Shown here piece after piece: positions 37,218 to 45,028 of a stretch of 64,000 nt of DNA. Under the pieces are notes generated by a model, which had not been told where the DNA came from, searched no databases, and worked only from the letters and a program-made list of their open reading frames with translations. Source of the DNA: an uncultured bacterium (GTDB lineage Bacteria; SAR324; XYD2-FULL-50-16). The stretch is taken from positions 10,227-74,226 of the forward strand of contig CBFCZY010000014.1 of assembly GCA_965602905.1 (NCBI GenBank). The letters run 5' to 3'. Position 1 is the stretch's first letter. Each line of letters begins with the position of its first letter. The position numbers and the translations under genes are program-made.

Positions 37218-38531
37218 ATGCAAGTTCGCTTAGAAGAACTAAATGAAAATATGGTGATTCAGTCTTATATCGGATTGGAAAAACGCTTTGGCCACTTGAG
37301 TGAACAGAACCGCCAGTGGCTGGCCCACAACTTTAGTGGTGCCAGAGCCATTATAAAGCGTGGTGAAAAGCGAGCTGATATTGCCATTGTTCAGTTAAAA
37401 GTAGGTGACATCGTTAGCCGTGTGCATAAATTCCCTGTGGGCTTAAAGCATTTTACCCAAGTTAATGACAAACTTAAAGTCAGTTTAAAGGCTCGTAAAT
37501 TCCTCTTTTTTGAAGTTGCCAAGCTTGCAAAAAGCCCCGAGCATCAAGCTAAAGCCGACAAGGCAACCAGCCTGGTTGCCACAGTTAAAAAAAGTTATAA
37601 AGTTAAGGCGCAAGCTTCTAAAGCCATCGAAGGCATTATGGATGGTGCCGCCCACGGCGTGCCAGAAATCAAAGAGTTAGAAGGTTATGTCGGCCAAATT
37701 ATTGAAGATAAATTGATTGAATCCATGAGCGCTCTCGCCCCGCTACGGGAATCGAGCCATACCTATGCTCACTGCGTTGATGTAGGTGCTATCTTTTTAG
37801 CTTCGTACTATGAGATTAAAAAACGCAAAGGGGAAAAACCAGTTTTCGCCAATGAGGAAGAGGCTTTGCTTTGCGCCATGTTGCATGATGTGGGAAAGGG
37901 TATGATTCCAAAAGAAATTTTAGAGTCAGATGTAAAGTTTGAAAAGGATAGCCCTGAAATGGATATGCTCCGCAGCCACCCTGTTAAAAGTGCAGAGTTG
38001 ATTGCACAAATGGACTTACCCGAAATTGCAGTGGATATGGCTCGCCATCACCATGTAAAGTCAGTGAGTAAAGGCTTTGCTAGTTATCCCAACGACACCG
38101 AATATAGTAAAATTTCTTATGAAGCCCGCTTGCTTGCCATTGTGGATGTCTACCAATCTTTGGTTGGCCGAAGACCTTATAAAAAATCTTGGACAGCACC
38201 GAGCGCCATTCGCTACATCGATTCTTTAGCTGGAATTGATTTTGATGATGATATTTGGGAAGAATTTTTAAAGGTCATAGGCAAGTATCCTAAAGGCTCA
38301 CTGGTAAAACTCAACGACCAGAGCTTGGCTTTTGTGGTGAGTGTGAATGAAAACGACCTTGAAAACCCCAACATTGTTTTGGTGCAAGACTCAAAACAAA
38401 ATAGGCTAAAAGAACACGAACTGATTGATCTTGCCGAAGAGGAAGAGTTACATATTATCGAGGACCTCGACCCAGAAGATGTCTTTAAAGGCAAAGCTGC
38501 CGAATGGTTTGCTAACCTTAAAATCACTTAG
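37218..38531 (+). CDS. HD-domain protein of the HD-GYP lineage with a degenerate GYP motif
   Basis: HCVDVG...MLHDVGKGMIPKEIL...HHHVKSVSKGFASYP...VDVYQSL. The canonical HHExxDGxGYP is replaced. The C-terminal YPKGSLVKLNDQSLAFVV segment is common in HD-GYP proteins. Confidence 0.85.
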   Translation: MQVRLEELNENMVIQSYIGLEKRFGHLSEQNRQWLAHNFSGARAIIKRGEKRADIAIVQLKVGDIVSRVHKFPVGLKHFTQVNDKLKVSLKARKFLFFEVAKLAKSPEHQAKADKATSLVATVKKSYKVKAQASKAIEGIMDGAAHGVPEIKELEGYVGQIIEDKLIESMSALAPLRESSHTYAHCVDVGAIFLASYYEIKKRKGEKPVFANEEEALLCAMLHDVGKGMIPKEILESDVKFEKDSPEMDMLRSHPVKSAELIAQMDLPEIAVDMARHHHVKSVSKGFASYPNDTEYSKISYEARLLAIVDVYQSLVGRRPYKKSWTAPSAIRYIDSLAGIDFDDDIWEEFLKVIGKYPKGSLVKLNDQSLAFVVSVNENDLENPNIVLVQDSKQNRLKEHELIDLAEEEELHIIEDLDPEDVFKGKAAEWFANLKIT

Positions 38532-38651
38532 CCCAAATTTTCAAATTCCTTTTTTTAAAGGCTTTCGCTGGCCAAGATTTTAAAAAAAATGATCTCTGGT
38601 CAAGCGCCCTTAGCTTCAGTAGTGTAAAGCAAAACTATTTTGGTTTGCCCT

Positions 38652-39533
38652 ATGCTTACAGTCCCTACCGTTTTATTTAACGAAGCCCAAAAAATTTGGT
38701 ACTACGAGTTGGTGATTGCCGCTGTACTGGCCGATGGTCAAATTAAACAGGCGGAAGTGGAATACTTAACCGATGCTGCTAAGGCCTTGCCTGTCGGTGA
38801 CGCAAAAAAGCAGTTGCTTGCCCAAATCAATAGCCGCAAGCCCTCCCAATTAAAGCCACCGCCTCCCTTTTCTCAGCATATTTTAGCTAGTATTTATCTA
38901 GAGGTGATTGAGATTATCATCTGCGATGTGGAATTGGACGCTCAAGAATCACAATTTTTAAATGACCTGGCAAAGCTTGTGGGCATAACTTCCGAAGCCA
39001 AATTAGTTGTGCAATCTTGGGCGGAAGAGGGTCTTTCTTGGCACTATGGCCGAAGTTTGCTGATCGATGGCAGTGAAAATAAGGGCAGGGTTTATAAAAT
39101 TCTTGTGGAAGACTTTAGCCCAGACCAAAAACTGATCTACGCTAAATTGATGATCACCACTACCTTGCTGGACAAGCAAATCGATGAGTGGGAAAAGAGA
39201 TTTGTTAAGCACGCCATTAGTTTTGTCAGTGCCGAAGAGCAACGAGAGCTTTCCATCTGCTTGCAGGGGCAAATTTCCCCGCCTCTCGTGAGTTTGGATG
39301 TGTTTGAACCTAAAACTATGCGTTTGATCTTAATCGAGTTGCTCCTGTTGCTTTCAGGCGACAGGCAACTGCCTCCATTTCGCCAGCACTTTTTTAAAGA
39401 AGTCTGCCACTTGAGCGGCTGCACCTTAGACGAAACCAACAAACTGATCACCTGGCACCAACGAGGCATGGCTTGGCTGAAGAAAAAGGACCTTATCTTA
39501 AGACAGTTCGAGGTGGTTAGCCAGCCTCTTTGA
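38652..39533 (+). CDS. Hypothetical protein with two TerB-like (DjlA-N/TerB) helical modules
   Basis: YYELVIAAVLADGQIKQAEVEYLTDAA fits the A-x-ADG-x4-E-x3-L TerB pattern. A weaker second copy is IYAKLMITTTLLDKQIDEWEKRFV. Start taken as ATG 38652; no clear RBS. Confidence 0.55.
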   Translation: MLTVPTVLFNEAQKIWYYELVIAAVLADGQIKQAEVEYLTDAAKALPVGDAKKQLLAQINSRKPSQLKPPPPFSQHILASIYLEVIEIIICDVELDAQESQFLNDLAKLVGITSEAKLVVQSWAEEGLSWHYGRSLLIDGSENKGRVYKILVEDFSPDQKLIYAKLMITTTLLDKQIDEWEKRFVKHAISFVSAEEQRELSICLQGQISPPLVSLDVFEPKTMRLILIELLLLLSGDRQLPPFRQHFFKEVCHLSGCTLDETNKLITWHQRGMAWLKKKDLILRQFEVVSQPL

Positions 39534-39630
39534 ACCACTGCACCCTTAAGAGAATTTGAGGTGGTGAGCTGAGGCGTCGAGCTAAACACTGAGATGCAAT
39601 ACAACCATAGTTGGTTTTCCTTTCTATGAC

Positions 39631-39692
39631 TCCTTTAAATTGATTCCTTTAAATTGATTCCTTTAAATTGATTCCTTTAAATTGATTCCTTT
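39631..39692. repeat. Perfect 14-bp tandem repeat, 4.4 copies (TCCTTTAAATTGAT)
   Basis: Units at 39631-39644, 39645-39658, 39659-39672 and 39673-39686, plus a partial unit at 39687-39692. The repeat spans the last codons and the stop of the 725-aa gene. Confidence 0.95.
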
Positions 39693-41840
39693 GGTCACAC
39701 AAGTATTGTGAATATGATAGAGTGTCATGAAGTCCAAGCGCGGGATGAGTGTACTTGAGGCTTCGCCTGAAGGCGTCCTTTGCCAAGCGTAATCTACTTG
39801 TTTCCAATAGGGGGTGCCTCCTGCCACCCATGGCTTATCCTCTGTCCAGTAGGGGTTTTTGTTGGAAAGCCAGATTTCTGCCTGACCGACATCCTGCATA
39901 CTCAAGAAATTGAGCAGAGCCATATCCCTCCATTTACTCCCTTGGTAGAGGTTACTGGTCATCACTCTTAGCTGAGTCAGGTCTCCACTAAAATCCCCAT
40001 CCTGCTGCATTTCACAGATCAATATCAGTTTCCAGAAAAACAAAAAGGCGGCGTACCCTAGGGTATGATCCGGACTTTCTTCACAAATATAGACGTCGAG
40101 TTCAGTGACCTTCCCAAAATTTTCCATTACCGTGAGTACAGCTTGATCCAAAGTTGCTGGGCGGGTTTGGCTAGTTTTCTCTATGTCGATCAAGAGTTCC
40201 AGCGCAATGGATAAAACCTGCATGGTGACTTGTGGCGTAGGAGCTGAAAGATATTCTAAAATAATTGGGTTCTCGCCACAGAGGTCTTGCAGGTTTTCCA
40301 CAATGCCTAAGTCGTGGGGCAGGTAGGAAAATTTCAAAAATCCTTGGACCAAAGAAAGAAAGATTTCCTGTGGCTTGGTAGAAAGGTTTTCTAACAGAAC
40401 CTTTGCCAAACTATTCACCTCTTCCGACTGGGGATTTGCAAGGCCTGGAATTTGAGATTGGTTAATTACAGCTACAGCCTTTTTCATAAGGTCCGACTGT
40501 TTTAATGTACCCTGAGCAAAGGATATGAGCGGCAAATTGAAAAACATATAAACAGCATTACTCAACTTATCACCCAAGTTCGGCAGGGATTTTCGGTTGA
40601 TTTGGTTGTCCTGAGTAAAATCTTTCCCTAGGTAAAAAATCAGGTCCGCTTTTGTTTTTCTGAGTTCCAGACTGTCCAAAATTTTGAGGAAAACGGCCAA
40701 ACTATCTGGAGCGATCATAGTAAAACTCCTCCTGTTGCCTTCCACATCAAGGAACATTCCATTTTTTATGAGGCAGGTTGTGAACCTCATAAGTAACCTC
40801 TTCGCCTGTTCCTGCACGACTCTGATTTGTTCTTTATCATGCAGCTTCGTTGGGGTTAGCCGCTTGCATGCGTAATATAGACCTGCCGCTTGTGTGACCA
40901 ATTGATCATCGGAATAGGGCTGACGGCAACCTGGGTTTCGGACGGGAACCCCGTCAAAAGTACTACCACTTTCATCGTCGAAGCGGAGAAAATAATTGCC
41001 TTTGACGACATAGAGATGCCCCCAGATAACGCACATTGCATCCAGATCTTTGGTAAAATCGACAGGGCCAGAGTAGCTGGTTGGCTTGATGCTAGAGAGT
41101 GCAGGCCATTGTGCGGTGATCAATTGGGCCTCGCCTTCCAACTGGGAAACAGTCTCGTTAGTGTAGATGATCAGATTTTCACTCCTGGTGATGAATACCT
41201 TAGAGTTTATCACGCAAATGCTATCGAATCCATCTTGGAAGCTTGTTGGTAGATTCTTGAAGAGGTCGCTCAAGGGTTGGGCGGCGGCAGGGTTTGAAAC
41301 TTGGATAAACTCAGCGCCTTTGATCAGGTAGGTTTCTTTATTTAATACACAAATATTATCGATGCCTTCCAGGAAACTTGCAGGTAAGTCGGGGCAGAGT
41401 GTTTCTAGGGTACTTGGATTACTGGGGTCAGCATCGAAATTTTGCAGGATATTGGTATCTGATTGGACAATGGGGTTATAGGTGTAAACTTGGGGCCCAT
41501 TGGTTATATAAAATTTGCCCTCCACCATGCACATGCTATCTGTAGTCACTGGGCAACCAGGCCAATAATCCCCATTATCGGTAACGGCGCCAGACCAAGA
41601 AGCATTCAGGTTTGTGATAATCCTACGGGTCTTTTCCAGATCGTTATCATTGGCGGCGCAGATCAAATCGATGCCCGTCCGCCAAGCTGAGTCGCCTTGG
41701 GCCGTAAATGTGGGGTTTGGAGACAGCTCACCTACCACATCGCAGACCATGCCATACCTATCGGTATATTTTGGAATATTCTCGCTGCATTCGGCGTAAA
41801 AGGCACTGGCTGTTTTTTTGTCGTAGGTAAGTTCGCCCAT
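39663..41840 (-). CDS. Large leaderless protein: N-terminal hemopexin-like repeat domain plus an unrecognised ~400-aa C-terminal domain
   Basis: Four to five repeats of the hemopexin-type blade pattern (LPxSFxxG(I/F)DxICVxNxKx(Y/F)(L/I)xKGxxxI): DSMCMVEGKFYITNGPQVYTY, GIDNICVLNKETYLIKGAEFIQV, GFDSICVINSKVFITRSENLIIY, DLDAMCVIWGHLYVVKGNYFLRF. No signal peptide. Confidence 0.8.
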   Translation of the reverse strand: MGELTYDKKTASAFYAECSENIPKYTDRYGMVCDVVGELSPNPTFTAQGDSAWRTGIDLICAANDNDLEKTRRIITNLNASWSGAVTDNGDYWPGCPVTTDSMCMVEGKFYITNGPQVYTYNPIVQSDTNILQNFDADPSNPSTLETLCPDLPASFLEGIDNICVLNKETYLIKGAEFIQVSNPAAAQPLSDLFKNLPTSFQDGFDSICVINSKVFITRSENLIIYTNETVSQLEGEAQLITAQWPALSSIKPTSYSGPVDFTKDLDAMCVIWGHLYVVKGNYFLRFDDESGSTFDGVPVRNPGCRQPYSDDQLVTQAAGLYYACKRLTPTKLHDKEQIRVVQEQAKRLLMRFTTCLIKNGMFLDVEGNRRSFTMIAPDSLAVFLKILDSLELRKTKADLIFYLGKDFTQDNQINRKSLPNLGDKLSNAVYMFFNLPLISFAQGTLKQSDLMKKAVAVINQSQIPGLANPQSEEVNSLAKVLLENLSTKPQEIFLSLVQGFLKFSYLPHDLGIVENLQDLCGENPIILEYLSAPTPQVTMQVLSIALELLIDIEKTSQTRPATLDQAVLTVMENFGKVTELDVYICEESPDHTLGYAAFLFFWKLILICEMQQDGDFSGDLTQLRVMTSNLYQGSKWRDMALLNFLSMQDVGQAEIWLSNKNPYWTEDKPWVAGGTPYWKQVDYAWQRTPSGEASSTLIPRLDFMTLYHIHNTCVTKGINLKESI

Positions 41841-42010
41841 TTTTATCCCTGCTAATATAAGTTTGTGATATAATTATAATTGCAAAATAATACTAAAATA
41901 GTGAGGGTATAATTTCAGATTAAATATTATAAAGTCCCCAAACCCTAACAAAGAAGAAGGTGGATTAGAAGAAAAATCTGTAAAATTAAAGGGACAAAAA
42001 TGGAGCGGGC

Positions 42011-42043
42011 TAAAAATGGCTTGAGGGGGTGATCTCAGCCATT
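42011..42043 (-). terminator. Probable rho-independent terminator of the folE-containing operon
   Basis: On the minus strand: GGCTGAG-ATCACCCC-CTCAAGCC (one bulge) followed by ATTTTTAG. It lies about 185 nt downstream of the folE stop. Confidence 0.55.
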
Positions 42044-42077
42044 TTATTGGGTAAATCTTAAAAGATCTTGCTTAAGA

Positions 42078-42230
42078 AAACCGTAAAAGTAGCGAAGCTA
42101 CCTAAAAAAGAAGCCCTTTAAAACTAGATGATCTAATTAACTAAACCGTAAAAGTAGCGAAGCTACCTAAAAAAGAAGCCCTTAAAAATTAGATGATCCA
42201 GTTAACTAAACCGTAAAAGTAGCGAAGCTA
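42078..42230. repeat. 65-bp tandem direct repeat, about 2.35 copies, each with a small GTAGC-GAA-GCTAC hairpin
   Basis: Copies start at 42078, 42143 and 42208 (AAACCGTAAAAGTAGCGAAGCTACCTAAAAAAGAAGCCCTT...TTAACT), with a few substitutions between copies 1 and 2. The third, partial copy contains the folE stop codon. Confidence 0.95.
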
Positions 42231-42794
42231 TTTTCCTATGAGGTGGAAGAAGTCGTTTTTCTTGTTGGCGTCGGTTTTAAATTCGCCGAGCATGCAGGTG
42301 GTGACCATGCTGCTGTGTTGTTTGCCTACGCCTCTGCAACTCATGCACATGTGCTTGGCTTCGATCATAACGGCAACGCCACGGGGCTGGACTACTTCAC
42401 AGAGGGCTGTGGCAATCTGGTGAGTCAACTCTTCTTGGATCTGCAAACGCCTAGAATAGATTTCCATCAAACGAGCGAGCTTGCTGATTCCTACCACTTG
42501 GTCTTTGGGAAGGTAGGCAATGTGGCAAATGCCCACGAAGGGGATCATGTGGTGTTCGCAGGTGGAATAAAGCTCAATTTCTTTTAAAACTACCATTTCA
42601 TGGGAGTTGGTGGTGAAACGCTTTTCTAAAATTTCTTTTGGGTCTTGGTTGTAGCCCTTAAAAATTTCTTGGTAACTCTTTACCACTCTGGCAGGGGTTT
42701 CGATCAGGCCTTCTCGGTCTGGGTCGTCGCCTGCGTAGGCCATAAGGGTTCTTACTGCCTCTAGGGCTGCTTCTTTAGATGGTCGTTTGCTCAT
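42228..42794 (-). CDS. folE: GTP cyclohydrolase I
   Basis: FolE similarity (LIETPARVVKSY, YSTCEHHMIPF, ISKLARL..YSRRLQIQE). Start set to ATG 42794 (MSKRPSKE), which overlaps the rlmN 3' end by 20 nt. Confidence 0.95.
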   Translation of the reverse strand: MSKRPSKEAALEAVRTLMAYAGDDPDREGLIETPARVVKSYQEIFKGYNQDPKEILEKRFTTNSHEMVVLKEIELYSTCEHHMIPFVGICHIAYLPKDQVVGISKLARLMEIYSRRLQIQEELTHQIATALCEVVQPRGVAVMIEAKHMCMSCRGVGKQHSSMVTTCMLGEFKTDANKKNDFFHLIGK

Positions 42795-43830
42795 TTTTTT
42801 TCTTATTTTTGGTTGCCAGTTGGCCACAAGCTGCGCTGATCCCGTTACCACGGGGGGTGCGCAAGGTTGCCATAAGGCCATGCTTTAGTAGGTAGCGTTG
42901 GAATTCTAACACTTGAGCAGGCTCTGGGGATTTAAAGGTGGATAGTTCATCATGCTCGTTAAAGGGGATGAGATTCACCTTGGATTTAGTGCCGTGGAGC
43001 AGTTTTACCAGCGCCTTAGCATCTTTCATATCGTCGGTTAGGCCTTTGAGTAAAACATACTCAAAGGTAATTCGTTGTTGCGATTCAAGGGGGTAATTTC
43101 TACAGGCCTCAATCAATCTTTCTAGGCTGTGCTTGCGGGTAACAGGCATAATGGCCGCCCGTGACTCTTCTCGAACTCCGTTTAGCGAAATGGCTAAATT
43201 GGCTTTGGTTCGCTCTTCTTGGCCAAACATTTCTATTTCTTCAATCAGGCCACTGGTGGAAACGGTAATGCGGCGATTGCTGATCCGTAAACCCTCTTGG
43301 TCGGTGAAGATCTGCAAGGATTTAATTACGTTTTCATAGTTATGAAAGGGTTCACCCATGCCCATATAGACAATATTCCGCACACGTTTCCCTTCACCTA
43401 CAAACTCATTGGCAGTCATCAGTTGGGCAACAATCTCGCCTGAGGTGAGGTTTCTTTTAAGGCCCATTTTGGAAGTGAGGCAAAACTTACAGCCCATTGC
43501 GCAACCCACTTGGGTGGAAAGGCAGAGGGTGAAGTGGTCGTTGTGAGCAAGGATCACACTTTCAATCTCTTCGCCGTCGCTGAGCTGGCTCAAGAATTTT
43601 ATTGTACCGTCAGGGGCCTTTTCACTGCGAACCACATCGGGTAAATTGATGGTGAAATTCTTCTCAAATAGCTCACGAGTCGCTTTGGAAAGATTACTCA
43701 TATCTTCAAAGCGCTTTACCTTATGGGTGTAGAGCCACTCGAATACTTGTTTGGTGCGGAAGGGTTTTTCTCCCTGTTCCTTGAGCCAGGTTTTTAGATC
43801 GTCTTTTGTAAGGTCGAAGATTGATTTCAT
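42775..43830 (-). CDS. rlmN: 23S rRNA/tRNA adenine-C2 methyltransferase RlmN (radical SAM)
   Basis: FRTKQVFEWLY, the CAMGCKFCLT radical SAM motif, and GMGEP. Confidence 0.95.
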   Translation of the reverse strand: MKSIFDLTKDDLKTWLKEQGEKPFRTKQVFEWLYTHKVKRFEDMSNLSKATRELFEKNFTINLPDVVRSEKAPDGTIKFLSQLSDGEEIESVILAHNDHFTLCLSTQVGCAMGCKFCLTSKMGLKRNLTSGEIVAQLMTANEFVGEGKRVRNIVYMGMGEPFHNYENVIKSLQIFTDQEGLRISNRRITVSTSGLIEEIEMFGQEERTKANLAISLNGVREESRAAIMPVTRKHSLERLIEACRNYPLESQQRITFEYVLLKGLTDDMKDAKALVKLLHGTKSKVNLIPFNEHDELSTFKSPEPAQVLEFQRYLLKHGLMATLRTPRGNGISAACGQLATKNKKKNEQTTI

Positions 43831-44268
43831 TTATTTTCCAAGCTCAGCAACAATAAAATCTGTCGCAAGCTCATAGCCTTGTACACCGCAACCGACAATA
43901 ATCCCTTGGGCGATGTCAGAAAGGTAAGATTTTTGTCTAAATTCTTCACGGGCGTGAACATTAGAAATGTGCACCTCTACAAACTTCAAACCAACACCTT
44001 TAATTGCGTCCCGCAAGGCCACGGAGGTGTGGGTAAAAGCGCCAGCGTTGATAATGGCAAACTTGGCTGTTTGGTGCTCTTGGATAAAATCAATGAGCTG
44101 CCCTTCTTGGTTCGACTGGTAGGCGACCAACTCAAAACCTTGGGCCGAAAATTTGGCTTTCAGTTTGGTTTGGATGTCGGCCAAGGTTGTTTCACCGTAG
44201 ATCTCAGGTTCTCTGGTTCCCAAAAGATTGAGGTTGGGACCATTGATTAAGAGGATAGCACCTTTCAT
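43831..44268 (-). CDS. aroQ: Type II 3-dehydroquinate dehydratase
   Basis: [20 protein letters not shown] and [12 protein letters not shown] signatures. Confidence 0.95.
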   Translation of the reverse strand: MKGAILLINGPNLNLLGTREPEIYGETTLADIQTKLKAKFSAQGFELVAYQSNQEGQLIDFIQEHQTAKFAIINAGAFTHTSVALRDAIKGVGLKFVEVHISNVHAREEFRQKSYLSDIAQGIIVGCGVQGYELATDFIVAELGK

Positions 44269-44317
44269 GTTTTTTCCTGTATAAAAAATATACTAAATTA
44301 TAAGGCTTAGATTTATT

Positions 44318-45028
44318 TTAAGCAAAGCCAAAATGTGCAAGTAATATTGCAGCAGCGTTACTTACATTCAAAGACTCAACCCCATGGCGGCCAGGGATAT
44401 AAACCATTTGGTCACAACCCTTGGCTGTTAGCGGGCGCAAACCTTTTCCTTCATTTCCCATGACCAGTACTAACTTGTCTTGGGGCGTTGCTTTTTTGTA
44501 AGGTAAGGCCTTTTCTGTAGAGGCACCATAAACAAAATAACCCTGTTTTTTTAATATCTTCAAGGTCTTATCTAGGTTTTGTACCTGTGCGATAGGAAAG
44601 GTTTCCATGGCTCCTGCACTAGTTTTGCTCACTGTTGAGCCTAGTGGCGCAGCGTTTCTATCTAAGTGAATAATTGCGTCAGCCCCTAAAAAAGCGGCAG
44701 AGCGAATGATAGCCCCAACATTTTGAGGGTCTTTAATCTGGTCTAAAGCTACAATTAACTTAGGCGCTCTTTTTATTAGGTCTTCAATAAGCAAGGTGGG
44801 CAAAATGCCACATTCCAACACAATAGACTGGTGGTTGGTGCTGTTGGCAAGGCCGTCTAGCTTTTGTGGGTCAACCTCGGTTACTTTCAAGCCCATCTTG
44901 CGAGCCAGCGCACAAGCCTCGGAGAGGCGGTCTTTTTGCGCTCCCGACTTTACATATAATTTCTTAAATTCTCGTTTTTTCGCTTTTAAAGCGGCAATGA
45001 CTGGGTTTACCCCGTAGATATGTTCCAC
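44318..45028 (-). CDS. SpoU/TrmH-family RNA 2'-O-methyltransferase (RlmB-like)
   Basis: YGVNPVIAAL N-terminal substrate-binding domain plus SpoU motifs (DPQNVGAIIRSA, LVMGNEGKGL, SLNVSNAAAILL). Confidence 0.85.
   Translation of the reverse strand: MEHIYGVNPVIAALKAKKREFKKLYVKSGAQKDRLSEACALARKMGLKVTEVDPQKLDGLANSTNHQSIVLECGILPTLLIEDLIKRAPKLIVALDQIKDPQNVGAIIRSAAFLGADAIIHLDRNAAPLGSTVSKTSAGAMETFPIAQVQNLDKTLKILKKQGYFVYGASTEKALPYKKATPQDKLVLVMGNEGKGLRPLTAKGCDQMVYIPGRHGVESLNVSNAAAILLAHFGFA

Noticed and set aside
42078-42230. CRISPR array
   Set aside because: The whole 65-bp unit, including the would-be spacer, is repeated. There are only about 2.35 copies, no unique spacers and no cas genes. It is a plain tandem duplication.
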